Below the pieces are notes generated by a model, which saw nothing but the letters and a program-made list of their open reading frames with translations, made no database searches and was not told where the DNA came from. Positions 1-13,058 of a stretch of 64,000 bases of DNA are shown here, piece after piece; positions within the stretch are counted from its first letter, which is position 1; the number at the start of each line of letters is the position of its first letter. The translations under genes were made by a program, and so were the position numbers. This stretch comes from Tubiluchus corallicola (Eukaryota; Animalia; Priapulida), in the NCBI GenBank assembly GCA_030141605.1, contig JAQGDQ010000022.1:682001-746000 (forward strand), in the 5' to 3' direction.

Positions 1-3000
1 ACATCATTGTCACCTGTCAGCCGACGAGCACACCTGAAACTCTGGGATTCGTCCGTGGATTCTCATTTACACAGAAGTAGTACTCTTCCACCTTCTAATA
101 AGGAGGCGGTGCTATCTCCCACAAGAAAGAAGGTTCTGTTGCGTCATCCATCACTTAGAGTTGCTGAAACAAAACTGAAGCCAGAAGAAGATCGTGTCCT
201 TCTACCAGCCAGATATCGTGGACTGATAAAAACGGCCAAGGCGCATGGAAAGGACAGCATAAAAAACAAAAGCAGAGAGCGCCGCGTTGACCCAAAAACT
301 GATGACACTGAAGATAATGAGAATCTAACTGAAGAACATCACAGAACTGCGATTAAGGAACAGAAACGTTTAACAATATTAGAAGAAGCTGCATCAGGGT
401 CTGTGGCAGCCGATTCCTTGAGCGAAAGAGTGAAAGACGTTGGTTTGGCCATTCGATGGATAAAACAGGAAATAGTGAGTTTGAAAATTTTATATCATAG
501 CTTTTTGTACTAAAGGTATCAAGTATCTTAGTCATAATTTCTTATAGATGGCGACATCAGTGCAGTGTATGGTATAATTTGTTCACGACATGTGGAGAAC
601 TTCACCAGGGGCCCGTATTTTTGTCCTGTATATACTTGACCCATATTAAATGCAAACCATTTCTATTTTCCATGTACATCACAGACAACTAAGCCTTGTT
701 CTTAACATTGACAATTGTCCCAGATGTCTCACTCTGAAATCAAACAGACCAAGGTAGTTTCACTGTTGTCTGGCAGTTCTTTGTCAGCATTTTGTAGTCG
801 GCAAGCGTACCTTAATGATATACCGCGAATTAATTTATAACATATCGCAAAACAAGCAAAAATAGTAAGTATAAAACAGCGGACTTTTCGTCCACTTTCG
901 GCCTTGTCTGTATTGACAAGTTAACTACATTGTAACTTCTGTAATTACAAAATTACATGTTCGGTATAAAAAGTCCAGAAAAGTGACGTATCGAGGTCTA
1001 TCTGTTTACGTGACTGCTGTTTGTCAGTTTCTTTTTGTTGTTGTATGAATTAGATTTATTGAAGGACAGTTATATGATAGTTGCAGATATGATTACAATT
1101 TAGTGCACGTGTTCGTTTAACCGTAAATAACTAAGAGTAAAACACACCTGCCTTACTTAACCTTTTTTAATTTTTTCTTGTTAGGCGTAAATATTTTGCT
1201 TTTTTACTAACTCGAGCTTTTTAAACAAGTAAAAACACTACTAACTGATACATACTCCTGCAGAGTCTCTACACAAATTACTCATGGCCGCTATATAACT
1301 TTGAACAGAAATATAAAGAAGCTTTAATTTCATTCAATTTGCCATCCGATAGAGTGTTAATAATTGTTTTTTGTGACTTCTTCCAGGCAAGTCTGTCTTT
1401 GGGCTTTTTAAGTTCTAATGCATCCATGTTGAGCTAAAGAGTGTGATTATTGACATTGGTTAAGTAGATCTCGATTTGCAAATATTTGCTTAAAACTCAA
1501 GTTGTTGGGTTCAGTCAAATATTTTCATATGCACGACAACTAACGTTATTGGTTTTAGTCAAATATTTTGACGAGGCACCAATGTCTAAAAGATCTGTGC
1601 CCGGAGACGCATGCAAATTAATGAGGTCGCTTAAGCATTCAGCAATTTGAACAGGAGGTCAATTGTACAGATGGTTAAATTAAGTCTACTTATGAGTGAA
1701 AGTATCCTTGCGCAGCAACACGGCCTTTGTCAGCTTAATGTGTTTAGACTTCAGAAGTTTTGCAAGCGTTAACTTGTTTGAATGCTTTTCAAATGTAATC
1801 AAATGTTTGTGGTGCCTGAGGTTATATTATCAGTCATTCGAACTCAACAAATTATACGCCCGTCCCAAATTTAATCTTCTGAATATGTATAACAAAGCTA
1901 AGGCTTTTATTATGCATTTCCTTGAGTGATGATTTCATTAACATAGATGAATACAACGTACAAGCGGCTAGACGTAAATAATCATCTTACCACATGAAAG
2001 AACTTTCGCAACAATGTTTGCTTCACTTTTTTGCAAACCACTTATTTCTTTCTATAATTCGTCCATTGCAGTCAAAATGAATACTGTTGGTTCTTAAAAT
2101 AATGAGATGTTACAAAGGTTAGCCATTTTGAAAAAACCTGTCATTTTTACAGAAAACATGTTAGTAGGCCCAGTGACGCATTAATTGTCATTGCCGCAGG
2201 AGATATATTCTTCACTAAAATTAGGAGACGACTGCTTGCCTCTGTGTCACTCGTGTTCTTTAAGATCATTTATAGCATGTAGTTATTTTATTTTTAACAA
2301 CTATATATAACAAAGTATTCAGACGATATCTGTTAATTCAACAATACTTCGCATATAATTCATTTTATTAACGTCAAGTAGAAAAGTTGCCAAGTATAAT
2401 TTTACATTTTACTCGGCGAATTATTCGTTTCTCAACGAAGTTATAAAGGAGTTTTGGAAGAGCCCTGATCACCTGCCCACTGGTCGCCACTTATTGCTGC
2501 ACTCACGGAAACAATATTTTCCGTCAACAAACCGCCTCCGATTTTGCAAAATGTGAAACCATCCTCAAAACATCACCGCTAATCTGAACCATGTCTGTAA
2601 AACTACGCCTATTATATTTGCGACAATAAACCAGTAAATTAGCAGACTGGGTGGCAATTGAATTAAAAGAATGTAAGGCCGAGGAACCAGTGAACTTAGG
2701 CTCCAATTGGTTGAGGAAACACTAAACCAAACTGAAGAATACGCATCTTCATTGCTGCAAATACTCATTTACCAAATTGTGAAGAAGCTTATTTTCTTAT
2801 TGATTATTTTCTTCTCTACCGGTACTGAAATGGTATACACGTTAATAACTGAGGATAAGGCAGTCGCAAAAACATGAATGTATTGTATAACTTATTAATT
2901 ATATTATATTAATTATATTCAATTATATTAATTTGCAGACTCTGATGAGGAAACAGGACAGGGTGTTGATTAAACAGTATATGAATATTCGGACAGCTAT

Positions 3001-4190
3001 TAGTCAAATAAAGGAACAGCAGGCCATGTTTGGTAGGCTTGATATTATACCAAAAGGTTTTACGTTGTTATTATAATCGAAAAAAAATAGTTGCTGTGCG
3101 CATAAATCAGCAAAGAATTGTTAAACGTTTCAAACTTATTTTGATGTGAAATTGAATCTTACATGAAAAGCGGGCATGCAATAGTCTGAGTCCTTTTTGA
3201 GATGGATCGTCAATAGTGCAAACATGTATGAACTTCTGTAAATTTACTACCATTTTTGCCGTATTAGCATTAACATCACAACTTCGTTGTCAGGTAAATA
3301 TAGGCGTGGTTTGAAACTGTGTCAATAATTTTAAATGATATATGTTTTTGTATTCAGTACATTGCAATGTTTTTTAATTAAGAAAATTCTCTTTTCGCCT
3401 GAATGTGTTCTTTGCTTGGTGACTTTCTGTAAGTTTTTCCAAGAAGTTGTATTGTAGCATGCGCTAGAGTGAGTCATTGTATTGTGCTGTGTTCATTATT
3501 CTAAAGGTCTCTCAATCAGGGTGTGGTGAAATGAGGCCTTTATTACGAAGCCAGATTCCTATAAAGATTAAACGTTGGAAAACCGTTAAAAACAAACAGT
3601 ATCTAGCAATATGTATTAAAGGTTTGCGCGTCTGTCACACCACAGCAGTAAAACGTGAACCCCTTGCCCACCTAAACATTTCAAAGGCTAAAACTCTCAA
3701 TTTTAACAGTTTAGAATCCGAAACTAAAAGCCTAAAATATAAAACTTTAAAACTAAACAGCTGTTGAAGAAATTGGGATTTTACTCCCTGCAGTAGGCGT
3801 AGCAGGAGAAACCCAAGGATTAACGGAACTGCTGCCCGTCGTTAGTGGGTGTTCGATGTATAATTTTCTTCGAATTTTGTTTATTTATGAAGCTAATTTT
3901 TTGTAGGTACGGCAGAGAGATCAGTATCCATGGACGCTATGAGTTTGCCCTGCAGTCCAGCACAGACACCTACTAATGACGAAATACCATCTTGTGCGTC
4001 GTACATCAGCCTTCCCGGAACGTCCGACTTCTACAGCAATCCGGCTGCATCAATAGTATTGTCACCCAATGGACTCCGAGGTTATACGAACATGTCCGAC
4101 ATGTGGACGCACTCACTCGAGCATCCGGATTCCGATGAGTGCGTAGACATGATTGCGTACGCTCAGGATAGAAGAGTCTCTTTCTGTTGA
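1..4190 (+). CDS. FAM167: FAM167-family protein, 5'-truncated. Exons <1-474, 2939-3032, 3907-4190
   Basis: Frame is open from base 1. Splice sites ATA|gtgagt (474), ttgcag|ACT (2939), TTTG|gtaggc (3032) and ttgtag|GT (3907) have compatible phases. The spliced product reads AIRWIKQEI-TLMRKQDRVLIKQYMNIRTAISQIKE, matching the FAM167/AARD coiled-coil pattern (W-L-x-x-E-L-x-x-M-R-x-Q-D-x-x-L). It ends RRVSFC*, like the FAM167 RRFSLC terminus. Confidence 0.8.
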
Positions 4191-4286
4191 TATCTTATTT
4201 ATGCGATGTCGATGATAATATGATAACTAAAACATCTGTGACAGAAACTAGAAATGAGAAATTTAACAAATTATTCGACACGATTT

Positions 4287-4372
4287 TAGCTGCAGCGGTA
4301 ACTGCGTGGTTCTGGCATTTGGTTACTGATCGGGAGGTCCTGAGTTCGAATCCCACTTACACAGGGTTTTTT
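4287..4372 (+). mobile_element. tRNA-derived SINE-like head in the FAM167 3' UTR
   Basis: A-box-like TAGCTGCAGCGG (4287-4298), B-box GAGTTCGAATCCC (4342-4354) and a T6 run at 4367-4372. No complete cloverleaf. Confidence 0.55.
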
Positions 4373-4762
4373 CCAATCATTTGCCACCCGAACAAGACTT
4401 CTTCTAGCCCATTCTTAGACCTCACTTAGCTTGCTATTATTGAATTTTGAAACCAAACTTGTTGGAAAGAAAGACAGTATAGCCGGGATACAGTCTGTTT
4501 TATGGATTGCCGAGGTATACTAATCTGGTCTCATCTAGCACACGTAGGTTTTATTAACTATAGCAGGCAGCAAAGATTGCAACATTAAAAAAACCGCCAG
4601 TCGTACATTATTGGCAGTCACGGTAGGTAGATAGTGAACTGCAAGAAATCTAAGAAACTGATAATAGTAAAGTCCTGTATCCCTTATTCCCCTTTGTAGT
4701 CCAGCATCACGCATCTACATGATTTAGAACTCAACTGTCAGCATACAAAACTTGATATGATC

Positions 4763-4908
4763 GTGTTTAAGAAATATTGCTGATGCTTTACTGTTAACTC
4801 TATGTACTTTTGTTTTATGTGCTTACTTAATAAAAGTGTGTTTAAGAAATATTGCTGATGCTTTACTGTTAACTCTATGTACTTTTTTATGGTGCTTACT
4901 TAATAAAA
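4763..4908 (+). repeat. Tandem duplication of about 73 bp, each copy ending in AATAAA
   Basis: GTGTTTAAGAAATATTGCTGATGCTTTACTGTTAACTCTATGTACTTTT...TGCTTACTTAATAAAA occurs at 4763-4835 and 4838-4908. Confidence 0.9.
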
Positions 4909-4970
4909 GGTCACGTGCAGTTCTCGACAAAATAACATTTTATTAAAAAAACTTTTGTGTATTTTTTAAT

Positions 4971-7900
4971 TCATTCATAATTAGAACGTTCATTGTCTTT
5001 TTCACAAATTTTAAAATTTTTCCTAGTTATTCTACACAGAACGGCTACGACGATTAAAATAATAATGATGGCGACAATGACGGCCATTCCAGCCGCTGCA
5101 CTTCTACGGTCCATGCATAGCTCTTGTCGACTGGTTCCAATGATTCGCCTGTCTTCTGTCACTGGAATGTAAAAACAAAATAAACTTAGATAGGAAATTG
5201 ATAATGATAGTACTGTGTATACGCAAAACACTTAAATTTCTACTTAAGCTGTTTTATCTAAGTAGATAATTAACGTAGATAATTATCACAATCAGTTATT
5301 CTACTCTTTATAAGTAATTTTAGTGGTCTTGTGTAATAATTACACGTATTGTTAAGAAATCTCATGTTTTAAACTCAAGGCTCAATGTTTATAAATTATA
5401 GGTTAGAGAAGCTGTGCTCTATTTATTGTGGTTGATTGCCGTACACGCTTATAACTATAATTTTTTACTTACACTAGTGAGTAGGGTTAGAACCTATCTA
5501 GTACATGTAATGTAAACTAGCACACCTATCTAGTTATGGAAAAAATTAGAAAATCATCTTAATTGGGAACAAACAGCTTCGTTGAAATGTCAGAAATGCA
5601 GATCCAAGTATTCAATAAGCTATAACGTTTAACATGACCAGATGTCAGCGCTTCACCTACGTTGCATATAAGTAGGCCTGTCTGTGTGAAGTTGCCTTTT
5701 AAAACTGGATTTCGTTCTCAGAAATTCTTGAAGTTTCATTTTCTATCTTTCTTTAGGCAGCAAGCAGCTGTACTACAACGGCTGCTATTCTCAGAGAGAT
5801 AGTCAAGAGATCAAGGTTACAGTGAAAGCTTGTTATTATAGCAAGAAAATGTGCCTGCTTAAGAACACACAATATTATGACACAAAAGTAGAAGCGATGT
5901 TAATAAAAACATCTAATTATAATGATAGTAATAGAGCCTATTAGCCAAGGGCGTGACTAAAAGAAGAGCGCCCTGAGCAATGCTACCTTTCAAAAAATTT
6001 ACAGAATAGTAAAAATACGTTAACACATAGCGGTGTAAATTACAAATAGCGTGTACTATAAAATGCAAGATTGGAGAGGTGAAAATAAGACCACTTGATG
6101 AATTTATTATTAAAAATGCATTTGTTTATTTATTAATAACTATTAAATCAATAAAATGATTTTAAATAGAATGGATTAAGGGTCCGCTTTTGAGTCATCT
6201 CCTAGCTCTTTTGCTTTTTTAGTTTTAGCCAGTTGTGTTCAGTACTATTGCACTTAGACTGACTTAGTCTTAAAGTTGTGAACGTATGAATCACATGCAC
6301 GTTCGCTAGAATAAAGTTTGCAATAAAAGTAATCAAATTAGCTTGTTAAATGCGAAAAAATCGCAATACGTCCTTGGATTTAAAAAAAATATTTGTTTAT
6401 TTCTTCAGCAACCTGTTACATTTCGAAGCAAGTATTACCACATTATGAAGTTCTATGTACGTGCTTCCATCTATCGTTGAATACAGCACTAATAGTAAAA
6501 CTGTGAAAGTCAAAACTCGTAACGATCATTTAATTTAAAATTAGGCACGGATTAATCGCACTTAGTGCCCAAACATAGCAAGAGTAGCTACTGCTTTTTA
6601 GCCTCACTACCACCCAGGCGAAAGAACAACTAATTAACAGAAATTAGGAAATTGTGTACTTACGATCAGAGTTTTCTGGAACGACTACTTTCAAACTCTT
6701 CACAATATGCATATTTTCCACTGTCACTTCTTCCTGGTGATTGTTTTCTCCGTTTGATACGTCTCGACGCTTTCTGTTTCTTGTTTCACTCGATTTCGTC
6801 GAGGATCCACTAATTCCACTTACTCCACATTCAAACTGCAGTGCAATAATTGTTAAAGCAGTTAATTGATTCTATTAAAATTTTATTCCATTTGATCCAC
6901 ATAGAAAAACGAAATGTAAAAAATCACCACTAATCGGATCTTAGTGAGGCTATGTTGTACCTTTCATTGTTATGACGCGCCGGCTTGTGGTATGTTGTGT
7001 TGCGTTATGTTATGTTATGCTATATTATGTTAATTACATTATATTTTGCTCGGCTCGGTTCTGCTCTAGCTGCTCTAATCTGTTCTGTTCTGTTCTGTTC
7101 TGTTCTGTTCTGTTCTGTTCTGTTCTGTTCTGTTCTGTTCTGTTCTGTTCTGCTCTGCTCTGCTCTGCTCTGCTCTATTCTGTTCTGTCACGTCACGTCA
7201 CGTCATGATACAGACGTTGTACGTGCTACATTAGATTACGTAATGTTACGTTATTGCACATTACTGTATTCAATTACATTATAGATCATTATGTTACATT
7301 ACTCTATAAGGCATTTAAGAAGTACACCACTTGTATCCTCTTACAGGCCATTGTTTTACTAGCAGTAAAACTGCGTTTGCTGAAATATTCTGCACACCGA
7401 TATCTCTTTCAAAAGGGGTTTTCGAGAACCATGCTTTCAAGAACAGAAGACGCATTGTTTTAGTGACTATGCATAATAACATCTTTGTCACAATTATATT
7501 TTTATAAGAAATTTTTGTTGAGAAACATATATGCAGTTTCGATAATTTTCGCACTTTATAGTATATAATTGTAATATCGTTCTTAAAAGCAAAAGTACAG
7601 ATGTTTGAAATCTTACCTGGGTACAAGCACCAAAGCATATACTACACTGGCAGTCGAAGTAGACATTTTGAATATCTGGAAACTTGAAAACCTTCATGTA
7701 ATAGTAAACGTAAGTAAGTTGTTTTTCGACGTCGCTTTCATATTGTGGTTGTCCAATAATCTTTGGCATACTGGAACAACTAAAACAGAATACGAATTTA
7801 TGTAACTTTATATCCACTAACAGTAACAAGTTAACAACAATGACAGGCACAACGACAGCAACAATGACAACAATAACAATACCAATAATAATAGCAATAA

Positions 7901-10900
7901 GGATAACAGTCACTGTAGCAACAACAGCAACAATCACAATAGTAACAACAATAACATCAACAACAGCAACAGAAAAAGTAACAATGAAAAGCAAGAGCAA
8001 TAGCAACAGCAGGAACAGCAACGGCAGCGACAGACATGGCAGAGGCAGCAACAGCATTGACATCGACAAAGACAATTATAATGACAACGGTAACGACAAC
8101 GACAACAACAGCAGCAGTAAAAGTTATAATATTGGAGGTAAAACTTTTGACAACCATTAATGTGCGCAACAAATGCACGCACAAACCGTAAATACCAGTT
8201 GCTCATACCTTTCTTAGTTCACCAGTAAAAACAACCGAGGAAATTCAAACTAACGAAGTTTTCTAGTAAGATTACCCGTATTTGCCAATCAGTTGGATTC
8301 TCTTTCCTCCTTTGACACCGTCGTGAGCGTAACACTGATGAGCAGCTAAGTCAAACCGACCTGCATAAGTTATCACACATTGTCGTACGTTATCATAAAT
8401 TTATCATTATAAACATAGAGATTACTGGGAGCATCTCTACATGTTGTGATGATGGAGAATGACAATAATGACAATAATGATAACAACGCAAACAATGATA
8501 ATGGCAATGTTAACGATTACTACGATGACTTTCATGGCGATGATGACAATTATAATGATAATGATGATGATGATGATGACGACGACGACGACGACGACGA
8601 CGACGATAACGATTATGATGGTGATGGTGCTGTTGATAGTGTAGACAATGGCAATGATATTAACTGCTGAGAAATATGCCAATATACCGGTATAAGAAGA
8701 GCATTTTGACGTTAACGACTATAATGGTGGTAGCGTTGATGGTAAAGATGATAAGTGCAATGGTGATAGGAATAGCGGAGCCAACAGCAAAGATGACAAT
8801 GATTGCAGCCGAAGAGGCGGTGACAGCAGTCAAAAACGAAAACGCCAACAAAGATGACAATGATGATGACAAGAGCAATGAAAGAACGAATCCATTAATA
8901 ACTTATTAGTAATGCACTTAATTAATCATGCAATTGGCAAACTCGTTAGTAAGCGATAATAATGATAGATATGACAATAAAATTAATAATATTGAAATCG
9001 CTTGCAAACTAAAATTATTATTTTCACCTTCGTCCTCTATGTAAAATGCCAGTGTAGCAATTTCTCCTATGTCGATAGATGATGCTGGTGGATTTTGCGG
9101 GTCATCGCCGGAAACTATCTTCATCCGGCAGCTAGGCAATCGCATCGGTGTACCAACAGGTATCTCTGTTGTTGTCAACATCCTATAAAGTATGTAGGTA
9201 AGCTTTAGTTATTATTTTGTCTATTTTGACTATGCAACGTATTTCACTTAATGAATATACAGTTGTTTCTTGAAATGTCAATTGCTTGGCAAAATTTCTT
9301 AAAAGGATTTCAACATGGGGTGTCTGTTAATGCTCAAATTCAAAATAAAGTTTATGCAGCTCTTGCAGTTTTCAGCTATGAAAATGTATTCGTTGCCATG
9401 AAAAATTTGATTACACCTGGAAGTCAATGTGGGTTTTTGTCCAGATTTCTCTGTAATTGCCAAATAAGGAAAAGTTATTTTCTTCGTCCACAAAGAAGCG
9501 CAAACGTTGCGACTACCTAAAAGCGTTTGTGATCGTGCGCTATGTTCATTATTAACAAATAAGCACATCTGCTTTTGCATAGTTGCGGCTGCCCACTTTG
9601 GAGGATCAAAGTCAAAATCTCGCTTTCCTATTTGGTAGCCATAATTAAACCAGGAATTCGCGAATAAGTCTAGGCGATCGAAACTCAAACGTTTTATTGC
9701 ATTCGCTTAACATCTAACTCAAAGCAAACTGTGATGTGCTAGGCTTACTTACGGAACTGTCACACCTGAAGTGACTTTGTTTGTTATACTGGTGCTCATA
9801 TCACACATGACAGAGAAAGCTTTATCTCCCATTTCCAGGATGCCCCAAGCAGCTTCGCCCATCAAGATGATGGTATTTCTGTAAAGAGTTTGATCAGCCT
9901 GGAAAATACAAAAGAAATCTCAAGATCATGAATAGGCTACCTGTTTAATGTTGAGCATACCCGAAATCAAACTTGAAATGGCAAGTTTGAACAATGGAAG
10001 AAATTTTCTGCTAGTAATTGCATGTCTTTCTAATATGTTTCGCCTTGGTTCTTTCTTTGTTTTGTGGTAGTTATAAATCTTTATTAAAAATTGATTTCCG
10101 AATATTATTCTCTTTACCCACCTTGGACATGGAAGGATAGATTCGTTACTCAACTTGGAATAACCTCTAGAAGCAACATATAGCTTTTCCAACATATAGT
10201 ACAACTATATGTTGCACTAAATAATTCAGCGTAAATTAATTCAGCTATGAAAGAAAGCAAGTGGCGACAGCATACTCATATGGGTTTTCTGCATTAAGAT
10301 TCCCGGGGCTCTAATTCTGAAAGATACTTTATCTTAGAGAGTAGCTAAAGGCTGAATTGTTTAGCGGCTGATGGTGGACAGTTTGATGTCAGTTGACGTT
10401 GAATGCAACATACAATACGATTCTAGTAGGTTTGGCATCCAACAAACTTTTCTTACAAATTGTTCCAAATGAGGAGCATTTGGTGTTTTCCAAATCAACT
10501 TATCGAATATCGAGTCCCACTCCCTGTTACTAAGACCTAAAAAAGTTTATAACAAACTTACTGCGTCTTGAGCCTGAAAAGATTGTGTTCCACATCCGTC
10601 TAACGGCAAGAAAATGGCGAAACGCTTTTGACCACTTCCATTTGCGCTGCATTCGTCGAATTTGTAGTAACCTTTGGGATAAACTTTGCCAAAGAACGGA
10701 GTGCCAAACTCGAAATTGATGATCATTGTGTTAATTTCCATGGAACATTCAACACGTACTCCTGTAGCGAAACAACAACTTTTGTTATTGGTTTTGCAAA
10801 CTCGTCGCATTTGCGTTTAGCTAGGATCACACGGCCGCGACTTCTCTATCCCGAATACCAGGACGCCGAGCAGCATTTACAATTCCGAAATAGCGAAATC

Positions 10901-13058
10901 AGCGTAACAGCAAAAATCTTGCAAATGGTAGATGACAAGAATTTCGTTTAGTAGCATGAAATGAGTTTAGTCACTTACAGATTTTGTGACATATAAACTT
11001 AGAAAAATTACATTTTAAATTTGACAATTAAATCAAAGCAGGTGTTATACCCTTAAACGTACGCTGTGAAATAAATATAATTGGTTTAGTTTGTAATTAA
11101 AAGAACAAACCATATTTTATCACATTAGTTCTTGGAAAGTATGAATATTTCCAAAATTTATTTCTATTTCTGTATGTGAATGTTTTTAGTTAACTTTGCA
11201 ATAATAATTTAACTACGATGTCACCGATATTTCTCATATATTTTCGGGTGCGTCGATACAGAAGCTTTCTGGAAGTTGCTGACGTCACAAATGAATAATT
11301 TTTGGGTTACTTGCTAGCGATGTAACCTTCATAAACAGCTGTACTTCGCCGTGGCGCTGTTTTTGTATTCGTTCACGTTCTAGTCCATGAAATACAAAAC
11401 TCCGCTATTTACTCATTGTGAGACAAACAATGTGCACTGAACTTTCACGAAAATTTGGACTTTGTGACCACCTTAAATGCGTGTATCTATTTCATATGTT
11501 TCATGTATTCTTTTGTATTTGTGTTTGTTTTTGTATTTTTTGTATTTTATATGTAAAGATCGTGTGTTCTTGCAAATATGTTAAATTATAAATTATAATT
11601 TTTCATAACAGTTAGCTTGCTACCATCATTTCGGGAGCAGTAAGCAAAGACTATGTACAACGTTCGCTCGTTATTATCACTATTTTATGAGCAGAAAGCA
11701 AGGATTGTGTAGAATGTTAATGCAATATTGAATGTTCGTGCACCAGTGGAAAGATTTATTATCGTTTGTCATTTCACGCAGTTTCAATAATTGGACTAAA
11801 CGTTTTTGTTGTTGCTGTTGTTTTGCCTCACGGACAGGTGCAGGTGGTGTCACGTGGTGTGGGAGGTGTGGTGTGAGTAGTGTGGCCTAGAGAGGTTAAC
11901 AGGTTATATAATAGGGTATAATGTGTGTTTTATTCATTGTTATCATTATTAGCCAATTGGCTCTCAACAAAGTGTCAAACTTGCAATTTGTGAGTGTGGC
12001 TCATATAGTATACACCATACAAGTCTGTAATTTTTTTTACTTTATGAAACTAAATTTCTGAAACTAATTAGTTTAGTTTAACTAATTAAACCTAACAACA
12101 ATCACGCGTTTGTCTTGTATATCGCCTAGTTTTGTACTCTATTGCGCAATCGCTAAATTTAGCTAAAGCGACTATACAAATAAATGTAATTAGCGCATTT
12201 GTATTACCAGTTCTTAAAAGGAAAACTAATTAATATAAAAGAAACCGTCACATTATAATTTCTGATTACTGACTTACCTTAGCCTTTTAGATTTACCTTT
12301 AATATCTGGCATGGGACCTGGCGTGGGATAAATGTGTGGATCTCTACTCGTAGATTGCACTGTGGTAGGAACAGAGGTTGATGTGGTTTCAGCAGTTGAG
12401 ATGGGAAGCATTGGCCCAGTAGTATCACCTCGTATTTGTGGCCGTTGTCCACTTGATAAACAAGTCAACATTAACTAAAGTACATACAAAGCAAAATGCC
12501 AGGACTTTTGTAAAACTTATTAATAATAATATAAAGCTCCGATACGATATGACATAATATTATTTGACATGACAGGACAGGACAAGGCATGACATGACAT
12601 AGTATGTATGGTGTGATATGACAATTATTGTATTATACGATATGATGTTATATGACTTCACATGACAGGACAAGACATGACTTGATGGTATGATGTCATG
12701 ATAAAATTTAATACAATATCAATGATGTAATGTAATGTAACGTCGCACAATGCAATGTAATGTATTAAAGTATATTATATTACATATATATTATCTATAT
12801 GTTATAATTTCGTTTTCCAAAACATTTTTTAAATTAATTAAACATTCCTCAAAACTATAAAATATTTCGTGGAATGGCATGCGGTTTAAGATTATACCGC
12901 ACCTTTATTAGTGTATGTAAACATTTTAAGCGAAAAAGATGCTTGTGTTTGTGAGTAACTTCATGCATCTAAACCGGCAACAACATATTGACATCAAAGT
13001 TACATACCAGAATTAGTGAAAAAAAGGAAACGATGAACCGATTGTTGTTATCCATCAT
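4971..13058 (-). CDS. Cuticlin-like ZP-domain transmembrane protein (446 aa). Exons 13058-13008, 12474-12297, 10761-10562, 9898-9753, 9182-9028, 8360-8276, 7779-7617, 6835-6664, 5161-4971
   Basis: All eight introns are GT-AG and phase-consistent (1341 nt in total). The product has a signal peptide (MMDNNNRFIVSFFSLILLMLTCLSSG), a Thr/Pro-rich linker, ZP-N (VRVEC..FGTPFFGKVYPKG..C..LPLDGCGT..YRNTIIL..DKAFSVMC), ZP-C (HQCYAHDG..QLIGKYGC..VFKFPDIQNVYFDCQCSIC), a furin site RKRR, a TM helix (MAVIVAIIIILIVVAVLC) and a short tail. A probable 5' UTR exon ends at 13168 (cag|gtgaga). Confidence 0.88.
7079..7190. repeat. (TTCTG)n/(CTCTG)n pentanucleotide microsatellite, intronic
   Basis: Directly visible run within a degenerate 5-mer tract spanning about 6990-7310. 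Confidence 0.95.
7830..8880. repeat. Degenerate trinucleotide tracts (ACA/GCA/ATG/ACG) in two ZP-gene introns (about 7830-8120 and 8450-8880)
   Basis: Visible 3-nt periodicity. It explains the low-complexity T/I/M/D/V ORFs in the track. Confidence 0.9.

Noticed and set aside
6972-8909. Many low-complexity ORFs (CSVLF, poly-T/I/V/D/M)
   Set aside because: Translations of intronic microsatellites. Only 7617-7779 and 8276-8360 are real exons.
9299-9688. 129-aa minus-strand ORF inside the ZP gene
   Set aside because: Lies in an intron. The flanking exons join in phase without it and it has no ZP motifs.
11832-11886. 55-nt exon-like segment on the minus strand in a ZP-gene intron (ctctctag|...|gtgagg)
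   Set aside because: It does not preserve frame with either neighbouring donor. Direct splicing of 12297 to 10761 already gives a clean MPDIKGVRVEC junction.
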